Below are positions 1 to 11,420 of a DNA stretch of 64,000 bases, piece by piece. The notes under the pieces are model-generated. The model was not told the origin of the DNA. It worked only from the letters and a program-made list of their open reading frames with translations, and did not search any database. Location: NCBI RefSeq assembly GCF_018350175.1, contig NC_058368.1, positions 236,780,001 through 236,844,000 on the forward strand, written 5' to 3'. The DNA comes from Felis catus (lineage: Eukaryota). Position 1 is the first letter of the stretch. Each line of letters opens with the position of its first letter. The position numbers and the translations under genes were made by a program.

Positions 1-129
1 AGTTAGTCAAGTTAAAAATTCCTAAATCCCATGGAAACCACTAAAAGAGTTTAACTGAAGTGTATATCTTCCAAACTTGTCAAGGACAAAAATGGAAGGA
101 GAAAAAGAATTAAAGAAAGAAAGGAAAAA

Positions 130-475
130 CTGATTAAGAATAGAAAGCACACGGCAGAAATAAACCCAGAGTATACAAAATCATTAAAGAAATCTGACCC
201 TTTATCTTAAAAACAGATTGTCAGATTAGCTATCATCCAATTCATCAATATGTTCTTAAAAATAGACACCCTAAAAAAACCCAAAAGCATCCAGAAAGTT
301 TGGAAGGAAAACGTAAAAAAGAAGGAAATGACCAATGATATTAACATAAAGCGAAATAGATGGTAAGGAGAAAGGCGATATTAGTGGACACTGAAAACAT
401 TTAAGTCATCAGGAAGATACATAAATTTTCACCTTCTATGAACTTAATAGTATAGCTCCAAAATAAATTAAGTGA

Positions 476-558
<83 letters not shown>

Positions 559-970
559 AGAAAGAATAAAAAGAAGAAAAAATTAAATAAGACAAATTGA
601 AATATCTACCATCATGGTGAGAGATGATAATATGCCTCTCCCAGAAACTGAAAGATCAAACTGAACTGACCCCAAAATTTCAGGATGAATTCAGTGTGAG
701 CAACAAATTAATAGACATCATCTATAAAATCTCAGCAAGTAATCAGTGGTGAAGCAAGTCTCAAATTTCTAAAGACCTGGAAACTGGATCTAAAGATCCG
801 GAACAAAGTCATACAAAGGATAGTTCTGAAGGAGAAAGTCTGCTGTTGAGATTTTTGTTGTCCCAGATCTCAGGATGCAGGATAGAAGTGGACGTGTATG
901 GACCCAGCCGTGGACTTCAGCAGACCTCTGGGTCAGAACAGAGTCCAGCAGGAGCCCTCCACACAGAGTG
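130..970 (+). mobile_element. Ancient L1 (L1M-type) ORF2 remnant
   Basis: A-rich, degenerate match to L1 endonuclease region around 585-660 and later ORF2 around 860-965. Confidence 0.55.
474..565 (+). repeat. (GAAA)n microsatellite
   Basis: About 20 near-perfect GAAA units. Confidence 0.97.
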
Positions 971-979
971 TAAATTATT

Positions 980-1205
980 GTTTTCTTTTTTTGTTGTTGT
1001 TGTTAACTTAAAATTTAATTAGTTAACATAGAGGGCAATACTGGCTTCAGGAGTAGAATTTAGTGATTCATCACTTACATACAACACCCAGTGCTCATCA
1101 CAAGTGCCCTCCTTAGTACCTGTCACCCACCTAGCCCATCCCCCACCCACCTCCCTCCAGCAAACCAGTTTGTTCTCTATCGATAAGAATCTCTTGTGGT
1201 TTCTT
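980..1205 (-). mobile_element. Carnivore L1 3' end fragment
   Basis: T-rich tail then antisense L1_Carn 3'UTR (gattcatcacttacatacaacacccagtgctcatcacaagtgccctcct). Confidence 0.85.
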
Positions 1206-1424
1206 CTTTTTTTTTTTTTTTCAACGTTTATTTATTTTTGGGACAGAGAGAGACAGAGCATGAACGGGGGAGGGGCAGAGAGAGAGGGAGACACAGAATC
1301 GGAAACAGGCTCCAGGCTCTGAGCCATCAGCCCAGAGCCCGATGCGGGGCTCGAACTCACGGACCGCGAGATCGTGACCTGGCTGAAGTCGGACACTTAA
1401 CCGACTGCGCCACCCAGGCGCCCC
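1206..1424 (-). mobile_element. Can-SINE (SINEC_Fc), full length
   Basis: GGGGCGCCTGGGTGG head at 1424, (CT) tract, A tail; perfect 14-bp TSD tcttgtggtttctt at 1192-1205 and 1425-1438. Confidence 0.97.
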
Positions 1425-1454
1425 TCTTGTGGTTTCTTAAAGTAAATAAAGAAA

Positions 1455-1870
1455 TGGCAATCTAAAGAAAAAAATGAGCAAAACCTGTGAATCGGCAGTC
1501 CACAGAAGAAGAAAAGCAAACAAAAAAACAAGTGAGCACATGAAACCATACATACTCAACACAAGGGAAGTACCAATGAAACATCAAGGAGAACGATGTA
1601 TATAACAATTTATCAGATTGGAACAGCCGCCATATCTGCCAATGGCAAGTGTTGGCGATGACAGTGGCACATGGGAAACTCATGCGTGGCTGATTCGGAC
1701 AAGGCAACCTTCAGCAAAGCTGGCTGGTCCACAACCACCCAGCGTGGTCCTGTTCAGACCTAAGTGCTCCAGAGAAACACTCTCATCCTCTTTAAGGCAC
1801 ATGTGCAAGAAGGTTCTAGAAGGCTTGCTGGAACAGAAACTGAACAAGCTGCCTGTCAAGTAAAGCAGTA
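1455..1870 (+). mobile_element. Ancient L1M ORF2 C-terminal remnant
   Basis: aaaaaatgagcaaaacctgtgaatcggcagtccacagaagaagaa...gcacatgaaa resembles the L1 ORF2 3' region. Confidence 0.55.
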
Positions 1871-3569
1871 TGTGGCTGAGGTTGCCCTGCAGCAGGATTC
1901 CTGCAGAGTCGTCCCAGGAGGCTTTTCTTTCCAGGAAGCAACTTTATTCCTGCCGGCACTGCTCAGTTGGGTTCGCACCCAAAGAACTGAGCCCCGGAAG
2001 CCACGTGGCATAGTTTTTTATATATTTTCTACTTCTTTGTCTCACATATATGGTAACACACAGCCACGCAGTCTGATTAAGTGGTCTTGCGTTACAAGGT
2101 CGTGAGGGATGTTGTCAGGTACGTGTATAGCCAGGCTGCCTTGAGTTTTGGTTTTTTTCTTTTTCTTTCTTTCAGGAGGGGACCCTACCACAGCACCAGC
2201 AAGGGACAGGACTGTAAGAGACACAGGGGATCTTAACCACGAAGCTCAAGGGAGAAACGGGGATACGGACAAGGTCACAGAGGACATCCGGAACCATCAA
2301 CGGTGACGTGCTTCTGCGTCTTAAACTGCAGCGTGGGCTCAAAGCTGTTCGCTCTATCCCCGTTCCCCCATACTCTGTTCACTCTTTTGACCATATGCTA
2401 CATTTCGGTAAATAAGAAGGTCTCCCTTATTATGGGCATGATGCTCAAGGTCATGAAAGACCTGGGAAAAAAAGTAAAATTATTACAACATGTGTTTCCT
2501 GGCCTTACCACGTAATTGAGTCAGAGAAACAACTTTCCGCTGAAAGAATTTGAAACCGAATTTTGCGGTACTAGCGGGGGTGAGAGAGAAGCCCCCACCC
2601 CATGCTGGGTCCCGGCACCTGAGTCCCAGGGAGACAGCTCCCAGCACGGGCCTGCCCGGCGGGGCGCACACACAGCCCCGGAGCCATCCCCAGATGGAAG
2701 GAAGGAGGAAGGAGTCGGGCTGGAGAAGAGAAGGAGACATTTTTCCAGGCCTGCAGACCTCCTGACATTTTGTTAGCAGATATTTCCCCAAGCGGCCTGA
2801 GTGGGGTTGATGGCTGCGTTTTCAAAAGTCTCAAGGTTGCACGGGGCGACTATTTATAGGGTGGATGTAACCGGTTTCAGCAAAGCCAGATGAGAGTATT
2901 GGTCTAATCTGCTGCCCTGTATTTCCTCCTGTGACCTGAAGGCTACTGGTGGAAATCTATTAAAAGGCTTCCTGATAAAAAAAAAAAAAAAAAAAAAAAG
3001 TTGACATTTCACTCGGTCGGAATTGAAACCCAGAGGGATAGCCTCCTTTTTTGATGAGTTGGGCCTGACACGGTGTTGCCTTCGCGGCGAGCTGCCCGGA
3101 CTGTGGCCTTCGTGCCCAGCAGGACTGGTGAAGGTGTCGGGCATCTCGGGGGACCCCAGAGCCCCAGCCAGTGGCGTTCAAGGGGGCTCCGGATGAGCCT
3201 CTGGGATGCCCAGACTGAGCCCCTGGCACTCATCACTCACGGTGCGTCCCCATCACAGGCCAGGCCCAGCCCCGGGCAGGAGCACTGGGGGTGTGGGACG
3301 GTGGCTGTGTCCTCACTGCAGAAGGGGATCGAGCTCTGTTCTCGTCCCCGGGAAGCTGCTCTCACACCACCCTCCTCGTGCATTTTCATGCACACTAGCC
3401 GGCGAGGGAGCCGGTCACACGAAACGCACAGGCAGCGATGGCTTTGCAGTTGGGAATCTGCAGGCTGGCTTCCGGAAACAGCACATCCTGGAAACCGCCA
3501 GGCGTGCCCTGAGGTTGTGCTCTCGCGGTTCTTGCTCCTGGACGAGCACTTTATCCGCAACTCGTTTGC

Positions 3570-3645
3570 TCCTGACACCATCGAGGGTGGGTACCAGGAG
3601 CCCATTTTACAGCTGAGGAAACTGACGCCCGGCAAGCCGAGGTGA
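3570..3645 (-). mobile_element. MIR core fragment
   Basis: cccattttacagctgaggaaactga. Confidence 0.6.
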
Positions 3646-4599
3646 GGGGCCCCTCGTCACCCAGCAGGAGGCGGTGGGCCCTGATCGCAGCCCCGACTGC
3701 AGGCTCCAGACCCGCTCGCCACTCCGTGACCGTGCGCACGTTCCCTGTAATATCATCTCAGTTAAAAGGTCTCGCTGCCTTCCGCAAGAATTACTTTCGA
3801 CTAGCAGAACAAGACTCGTATTAGGGCCTGGTTGTTGCAAACACCACGAGTCTTCTTGAATCAATTCTCCACAACATGCAATTAAAACGAGTGTCATTTA
3901 TCAACCAGAGTGACGCTGAAACAACTCTTGTCCTGCCAAGATTAACTTGGAAAAAAAACACTGTTATAAAGACTCTTAAGACCATTTCTAAGCTTCTCAA
4001 GGTTGCCCAAACGAGAAAGGAAAATAAAATTAAGAGGGAAAACTAACACTGCTCCCTGGAAGCATTAAAATGCAAAATAATTCTCTTGCCCTCCGCCCCC
4101 TCCAAGTGGGATGGTTGTTGACTCTGCCTTTATGTCAACAGACTCGGGTCCAATTAAAAAGCCATCAGCCAACCACCCAGGGAGCGACCAGAGCTCCCCC
4201 AGTGTGGGCAGGACCCACGGAGAACCCAGGGCCCCAGGGAGCCACAGGGGGAGCATGGGGGAGAGAGCGTGTGGTTTTTCCAAACAGCCCCGTGTTGGGC
4301 TGCATTTCCTGGCAACATCCAATGGGCGCTGACAGTCACGGGCCCTCAGCCCGGGCGGGGAGCAGGGGTCTCTTTCCACCCAGGGGCAGAAGTATGCACA
4401 GAGAAGCCCTCTGCCTGGGAATGCAGGGGGCTCTGGGGCTTGAGGACAGCTGTCTGCCCGTGTGACCTTCAGAGGGACTCTCTCCAAAGCTCCCTCGACA
4501 GACACCTTCATGGCGTTGCCCAAGTGTGGAGGAAACCACTTGACTCCGCTGAACACAGTCCAAATATGGTTCGGATCCTCATACTCCCGAGCAGATTTC

Positions 4600-4790
4600 C
4601 CAGGTGCTCACTGTCGGCCAAGCAAGGTGTTAAAACCGTTTACATGCGTCTTCCCAATCCTCAATACCTACAACGTTCGCTTTCATTTACTATCCCATCT
4701 TACAGATTAGGGAACTGAGGCTTAGAGACACCAGGAACGGAGTGGTGGGGCCGGGCACGCACCCTGAGCCCAGCTGGCTCCGTAGCCTTC
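4600..4790 (-). mobile_element. MIR
   Basis: tatcccatcttacagattagggaactgaggcttagaga core. Confidence 0.65.
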
Positions 4791-6041
4791 TCCACCACCC
4801 CGTCCTGAAAACCGCTCAAACACTGGTGAGAGCTGCACCATAGTCATGGGCTTGCGTATATTTTGAAAGGTTTCTAAATTCAAATAGCTGGGTTGTCGTG
4901 TCCTACGCTCAGCTGGTTCTTATTTCCCATTCTTCCTCATGAGGAGATCAGACTCACACAGAGCCAAGGCAGTGGAGTACTCTCTCAGATCTGGAAACAC
5001 TTGAAGGTAGGAGATGTTTGGATCACTCGGCCCTCCCTCTGATAGATTAAGTGATCAGGAGACAGGGCAGCGCCCGCTCTGGAAGACACCCCACAGCTCT
5101 GCAAATAAAATCCCATCTGAAAGGTGTGGGGTATGGTCCCGCGTCCCCCGGAGCTCCTGCCACATGGCTCAGAAAAATGGGGCTGGGGCCCACAAGGGGT
5201 GGGCACCGTCGGCCTGCAGCTCAGGTCCTGAGGAAAGTGTGTGCGCGTGCCTCTCGAACCAAATGCTCACGTCACCAAGCTAGTGGGGTCAGACAAAGCC
5301 CTATCTGGGGATTAGCTGCTTTCCCTCACACGATATTCAGGAGGCATACTCCGCCCCGTGTTGCGCTCCTCAATATTTGTAAAATACCATTTTTCGGAAG
5401 GAACAAAATAAAGAACTTCCAACTGAAAGCCATCCGCTAACTCCATGATGCTCTGGTCCCATAACGAGCCCATTTGCAGTCTGATCATTTGCAGGTATAG
5501 ATCATGGAATCAGAAGAAAATGCTTCCAATATAGAGACCAGTCAGCTGGGAATGACGGAGCGAAGAGCTTACTGTGAGCGATCGTCCCCCCACACCCAGG
5601 AGAAACCCTCATTCAGGGGGAATCTGAAACTTCTGTCCCATTGCAAATAGCGTGACATCAATAACACTGGTCATTGTCAGAGGTCTGTCCTGCTTTCGGG
5701 AGATATTTGTGGGAATGAGCCGAGCCAGACCACAGGAGGATTTGAGCGGATTGGCTGGCTGGATGGAAAGAAGACGGTGGGGGAAGAAAGAAGCAAAGAA
5801 GGAAGGATGGGGCGGGGTGGCTCGAACACGATCTTACGATCATCACTAAAAAAGATCATTGCAGGCTATGGGGTCGATGCCTGATGCCTCTGGTTTGCCA
5901 GCTTGAGTGACTGTCCTTCATCAAAACGTATGTGATCACTAACACGCTCACAACCGAAGTAACTCCTGTGTCAAATTCACTTTGCTTATAAAGCATTTGT
6001 TGGACGTGACTCACTTGTGACCTATATGTCAAGACAGATTC

Positions 6042-6199
6042 GGTTCTGATCTGTATTTCTCTGATGATGAGTGACAAAAATGCTGATTCGGAGGGGCCCT
6101 TGCACCCCAATATTTATAGCAGCGCTATCGACAAGAGCCAAATTGTGGAAAGAGCCCAAATGTCCATCAACTGATGAATGGGTAAAGAAGATGTGGTAC

Positions 6200-6248
<49 letters not shown>

Positions 6249-6684
6249 GGAATATTACTTGGTGATCAAAAAGAATGAGATCTTGCCATTTGCAACAACG
6301 TGGATGGAACTAGAGGGTATTACGAGAAGTGATGTAAGTCAGCCAGAAAAAGACAAATATCATGATTTCACTCAGATGTGGCATTGGAGAAACACAACAG
6401 ATGAACATGGGGGAAGGGAAGGAAAAATAAGATAAAAACATAGAGGGAGGCAAACCACAAGAGGCTCTTAAATACAGAGAGCAGACGGGGGTTGGTGGAG
6501 GGAAGTGGGTAGGGGATGGGCTAGACGGGGGTTGGGCATTGAGGAGGGCACCTGTTGGGATGAGCCCTGGGTGTCCTGTGTAAGTGACGAATCACTGGGT
6601 TCTACTCCTGAAGCCAAGACTACACTCTATGTTAGCTAACTTGAATATAAATAAAAACAAATAAATAAATGTGATTAAAAAATG
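6042..6684 (+). mobile_element. 5'-truncated carnivore L1 with short 5' inversion; internal (CA)n ~6198-6246
   Basis: ORF2 end (CTPIFIAALSTRAKLWKEPKCPSTDEWVKKMWY; KKNEILPFATTWMELEGI), G-rich 3'UTR, A tail; 6042-6074 is antisense L1. Confidence 0.92.
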
Positions 6685-7001
6685 AGATTTGGTTCTGATT
6701 TTATCAAAATCTGTCATGAAAAGAGTGAGAAGATATCATATGAAGCCCTCATATCTGAGCCCAGGGCAGCCTTCACGGGACTGAGCTGGGTCCTCCTCAC
6801 CCGGGCGGCTCCTGAGAAAAGGGGCCGGGTGATGGGCATCTCTCATGCCTTCCTGGGAATGTCCACACTTGATCCCCTCTGTGGTCCCGAACTCGGGCAC
6901 TCGCTGCTTTCAGCCTCCTGTGCGTTTGGAATGAACCGCAGCCCTGCGAACACAGCTCCCAACCCAGTAGGCCTTTGCCAAGCCCAGTCTGTCTCGGGCC
7001 T

Positions 7002-7170
7002 TGTTGTAACTGAATAGTGTACCCCCTCAAATGCAGGTGTCGAGGCCATAACACCTAGGGTAGCTGTACTTGGAGATGGGCCTCTGAGGATGTGATTAGG
7101 GATAAATGGGGTCATGAAGGTGGGGCTTTGATCAATGGGGTTAGTGTCCTTCTAAGAAGTGACACCAGAG

Positions 7171-7210
<40 letters not shown>

Positions 7211-7420
7211 CTCCCACTTCCCATGGGCAACAGGGAGAATAGGCCATGTGAGGACACGCAGAGTAGACAAGTCAGAACACACACTCTCACCAGAACCTAA
7301 ATTGGCCAGAACCTGGATTTCGGGCTTCCCAGCCTCCAGAACTGTGATAAATGGAAGTCTTGTTGTTTAAGCAACGCGGTCTGCGGCCTTTTATTTCCAC
7401 GGCCCAAAGACACTCCTAAA
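7002..7420 (+). mobile_element. MaLR solo LTR (MLT1A-like) with internal (CT)n ~7173-7208
   Basis: tgaatagtgtaccccctcaa start; ccatgtgaggacac; cttcccagcctccagaactgtgataaat...tgttgtttaagc. Confidence 0.8.
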
Positions 7421-8989
7421 GGCCTGCGGCCAGAAGAGCTATGTGAGCCCAGGAACGCACGCCGGCCACGTCTGAGAATAAGCCCACAGCAGGCCCGGCG
7501 AGGGGGACCCCGCTCCCAGGTTGCCTGTGACCAAACAGCCGGGCTCTCACACACACGTACTGGAAGACAGTCACTGACCCGACAAGTGAAGATTCCGGAA
7601 GACGATTGTCTGGAAGGGGGCGGGGCCGATCCTGCCGAGAGACAATTACTCTGGCCATGGGAAAGGGGATGATTCGAGGAGACAGACAGCCATCCCGAGT
7701 TATCCAGTGACACGACATCCCGAATTGCGAGGAAGGAGGTGCACGAGGGTCCCCGTCCACGCGCGCGAGCCAGCTCCGGCAAGGGGCCGGGACTGGAGAA
7801 AGGCACAACAGGTAAGGGCTTGCTTTTCCCAAGGCCAGCCCTGCATGGCCCTGAGGGGGAGGGTCTCCCTAAAGCTGCCAGCCGCTGCCTCGCACACCCG
7901 TTCCCTGCTCAGCTGCCTTCAGCTTTGGGAGCTGACTGCTCGAGAGCCAGGACGCTTTTGATTGAGAGCATCCTTGAGAGGCTGCAGAGAGCAGAGAGGG
8001 ACTGGCTTGCCCACGTGTCCCCTGCCTGGGCTGCAACCGGCTGCTGCACCAGCTCGGAAGGTGAAGAAGCCTCTGGGTGAGCAGAGGACGCCCGGGAGGG
8101 GACGTTGCAAACGGAGTCGTGGTCAGAAGGAGCACAGAAGGGGCGCGGCTTCTGGGCCAGACAAGCATCTACTTCTGAAGACAGGGATGGGAAGGAGACG
8201 GACGGAAGCCATGCGTTTCCCAGACGCCTGGACGGGGAGGCTTCTGTCAGGTGGAAAGCGTGCTGTTCTTGCCTCCCACGTGAATCACGCCTGCCTCTCG
8301 CCACAAACCCAAGCGAGTCATCCCGAAGCTCAAAGAAATACACGGGGTCCTGGTGTGACAGCTGCCTGGCCGTGTCAAGCCTGACCGTTACGATCTTTTC
8401 GAAACATAAATATATTTGTTGACTTTCAGATTCAGAGGAAAGAGAGTGCAGAGTGATGATACTCAAGACCCACTGGTGAGCGGGTCCCGGGAGCCGCTGC
8501 CGGGCACTTACGCTTTTATGGCTCATGGCCGGAGGGCCCCCAGCCGCTGTCCAGCTGGCCAGTGGGGGCTGGGCTGGCGACCCGGGGGGGCAGTGGCTCC
8601 TTCAGCTTGCCAAGAGAGGGCAGGATGCGCCTGTAGGTTGTCCGATGGGGCCGCTCGGCCCTCGGCTCGGGGACGGGGGCTTCTGCAGGGGTGTCTGCTG
8701 TCCAACGGCAAAACTGCTCGCTGGAAAGCCCCAAGTCAAAGCACAGTTAGAATGATACCCACAGCGGGGCTTGGGCTGAGGTGCCCGCGGGGAGGGAGAC
8801 GTGTTTATAAACGCTGTTTCTTTGTCTTGCTTCCACCCACACCTGCCGACGCTGAGCTCATTCTGTCGTTTGACAAGAAAGATGCACGGCCAGCGACCGT
8901 TCTGCTTACGAATCCACGGAACAGCAGGGGCCAAGAGCAGTCCCGTGGGGGAGATGCCACGGCGTGATGGGGCAAGCCCGCAGTGATGG

Positions 8990-9330
8990 GAGGCACACCG
9001 CAGGTCCGGGTTCAAATCCCATCCGGCCGCTCCCTGGGCACTTGACCTGTGGAACGTTCCTCGGGCTCTCTCTGAGCTTCCCCTTTGTCACCCACAAATG
9101 GAGGTTATAATCGCCCCTCTGAGCTTGCCTTGAGGCTTAGGTAAGATTACACGTACAAATGCCCATTAAAGCAACTGTCCAATATTAGATGTTAACTAAT
9201 TAGTTCTCTCCTTCTTGAAGCAGAGTGCACAGTGGTTAAGAATGAAGCCTTTTCTCATGACATGGGTTGACTACTAGGTCTTGTGCATCGAGTGACCGTG
9301 GGGTCCCAGACCTGCGTGGACCTATGTCAG
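8990..9330 (+). mobile_element. MIR fragments (two adjacent)
   Basis: gggttcaaatccc, ctctctgagcttccc...caaatggaggttataat; second head cagtggttaagaatg. Confidence 0.6.
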
Positions 9331-10471
9331 CCTTGGTCCCCCGTCCCCAAATTCTCTGTAGAACGTCATGTCCGTGGGACGTGGGAATTGAGTACAAAGA
9401 TGTATGTAGAAAGCCTAGTCCCGGCCTGGGCTGTGGCCAGTATCCCTCCTGAGACAGAAATGTCACCGAAGACGGGGGACTGAGCAGTTCCTGATTTCCG
9501 TATTCAGAGTGAAAGGAGAATGCAGACCGAGGCGGCAGATTCCAGCACCATGAGAACTCATGGCCACAGGGGACAGCTGTGGCTGGGGGTGCTTTGCAGA
9601 CGGTGGCATGGCCTGCCACGAACAGGGCCGCGAAGACCCCGGAGGCCAGTGGAGCACCCGTGTTTCCGGGATCTCCTTTCCCAGCGGCCCCAGCAGGAGG
9701 ACAGCTCTCGGTGCAATCCGGAGCGAACCGCACTCAGCCGGATGAATCTGGATCAAATGCTAATGTTCTTTTCCTAAGGAAATGGTGCTTCCTGACGATA
9801 TTTTGTCCTGAAAAGGTAGAGCAGCAGACCGGCAGGGCCCAGAAAGGGACACCCAGCTTTAATCCCGCCCTGATTGGCAGCTCCCAAAAGCTCTAAATAA
9901 TTTAACAAAGACCAAACTTCTAACGGCACAAGAGTGACACACACTGAAGCCACCTTCGAACAGCTGAGGGGGCGCGCGACCGAGCAAGGCCCGCGAGGCC
10001 CTGCCCCCTTCCCGGGCACACTCCCCAGCCTTCCCTCCCTCGGACCCTCTTCCCTTTGAAAACAACACCCCTCCTGGTTGTATGGTCTCTCCCACTAGCA
10101 GTTTGGTTTGTAATTTACCATATTCGTGTCGAAAGGAAGCCTGGGGAAGGAAGGTGGGCCGTCCGCGCCTCGCGTCGCCTGTCACCTGGGAGGTCGGGCG
10201 GTGTCGGTGGCTGTGCTGGGGGCCGGCTGCTCGTCCAAACCGCTGAACACGCTGCCCACCTCCCGGGGGACCCACTCGTGTTGGTCTCTTTGGGAAGAAT
10301 GTTTGCTCCGGGCACTCGGGATCCCTCAGAGAAGCAGACGGCCAAAGATCCCTGCCCACACTCACCCCTGAGGTAACACTCTGGGGGAGGGGAAAGGACA
10401 GGCCACAAAGAATAGACATACAAATAAGCAGCTTGTCTCTGCGTGCAACGAAAACACAAAGAAGCAGGGAG

Positions 10472-10572
10472 AAATAAATAAATGTTAAAAAAAATTTTAA
10501 AGAGAAGGGGGCGTTCATGTTCTCTCTCTGTCTCAAAAATAAGTAAATGTTAAAAAAAATAAAAAAAAAAAA
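10472..10572 (+). mobile_element. Composite Can-SINE tail remnant in a 16-bp TSD
   Basis: TSD acaaagaagcagggag at 10456-10471 and 10573-10588; two [23 protein letters not shown] tails inside. Confidence 0.85.
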
Positions 10573-10874
10573 ACAAAGAAGCAGGGAGTGGGGGGTCATA
10601 GGAACAAGCTGGGTGGAAGTCGGTGGCCTGGGTGGACCTCATGGAGGAGGGACCTGAGCTGTGTGGGGAGAAGGCGCAGGGGGCAGAGAGGAGCATGGTG
10701 GCCGGGGGCTCTGGGACAGGAGGTGAGACTGAGGGCGAGGTGAGGCCAGCAGGGGCCACAGTGACAGGCAGTGCCTGTCTGCGGGGGAAACTGGGAACAC
10801 TTTCTGGATTTGGCCCAACGACTGAATCAAACTAAACCAGTGACTAAGTTACATATACGTGAAATACCATTGGG

Positions 10875-11420
10875 ACAAAATGGAATATTAGTCAGTCATT
10901 AAAAAGAAAAAAAACCCTGCCATGTGTGAAAATGTGGATGGAGCTGAGGACATTAGGCTCAGTGAGGTAAGTCAAACAGAGAAGGACAAATTCTGTCTGT
11001 TCTCACCTACGTGCGGAATCTAAAAGAACAAAACCAAGAGCAAATTCACAGAAATGGAGAGGGCATTTGTGGTCACGGGAGGCCAGGAGGGGGAGGGGAG
11101 GAGGAAGGTGACCCTAAGGTACAAACTCCGGTTATAAGACAACAGGTCCCAGGAGGCCACCGGCAACATGATGACTGTAGTTCACACTGTTGGGTGGCAT
11201 ATTTGAAAGCTGCTAAGAGAATAAATCCTCACTGGTCTCATCAGAAGTATGGACAATTTTTTAATTTATTTTTAACACCTGTACGAGGTGACAGATGTTA
11301 TGCTCACTGAGGTCATCATTTCAGGATATGTGTCGTCACGACATTATGCCATCACCATTCGCTTACACAGCGCTGTGTGTCAGTTATATCTCAATAAAAG
11401 GGGGGAAAGGAGAAAAAATA
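10875..11420 (+). mobile_element. L1 (L1MA-type) 3' end
   Basis: aatggaatattagtcagtcattaaaaag...agtcaaacagagaaggacaaa...gtcagttatatctcaataaa. Confidence 0.8.
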
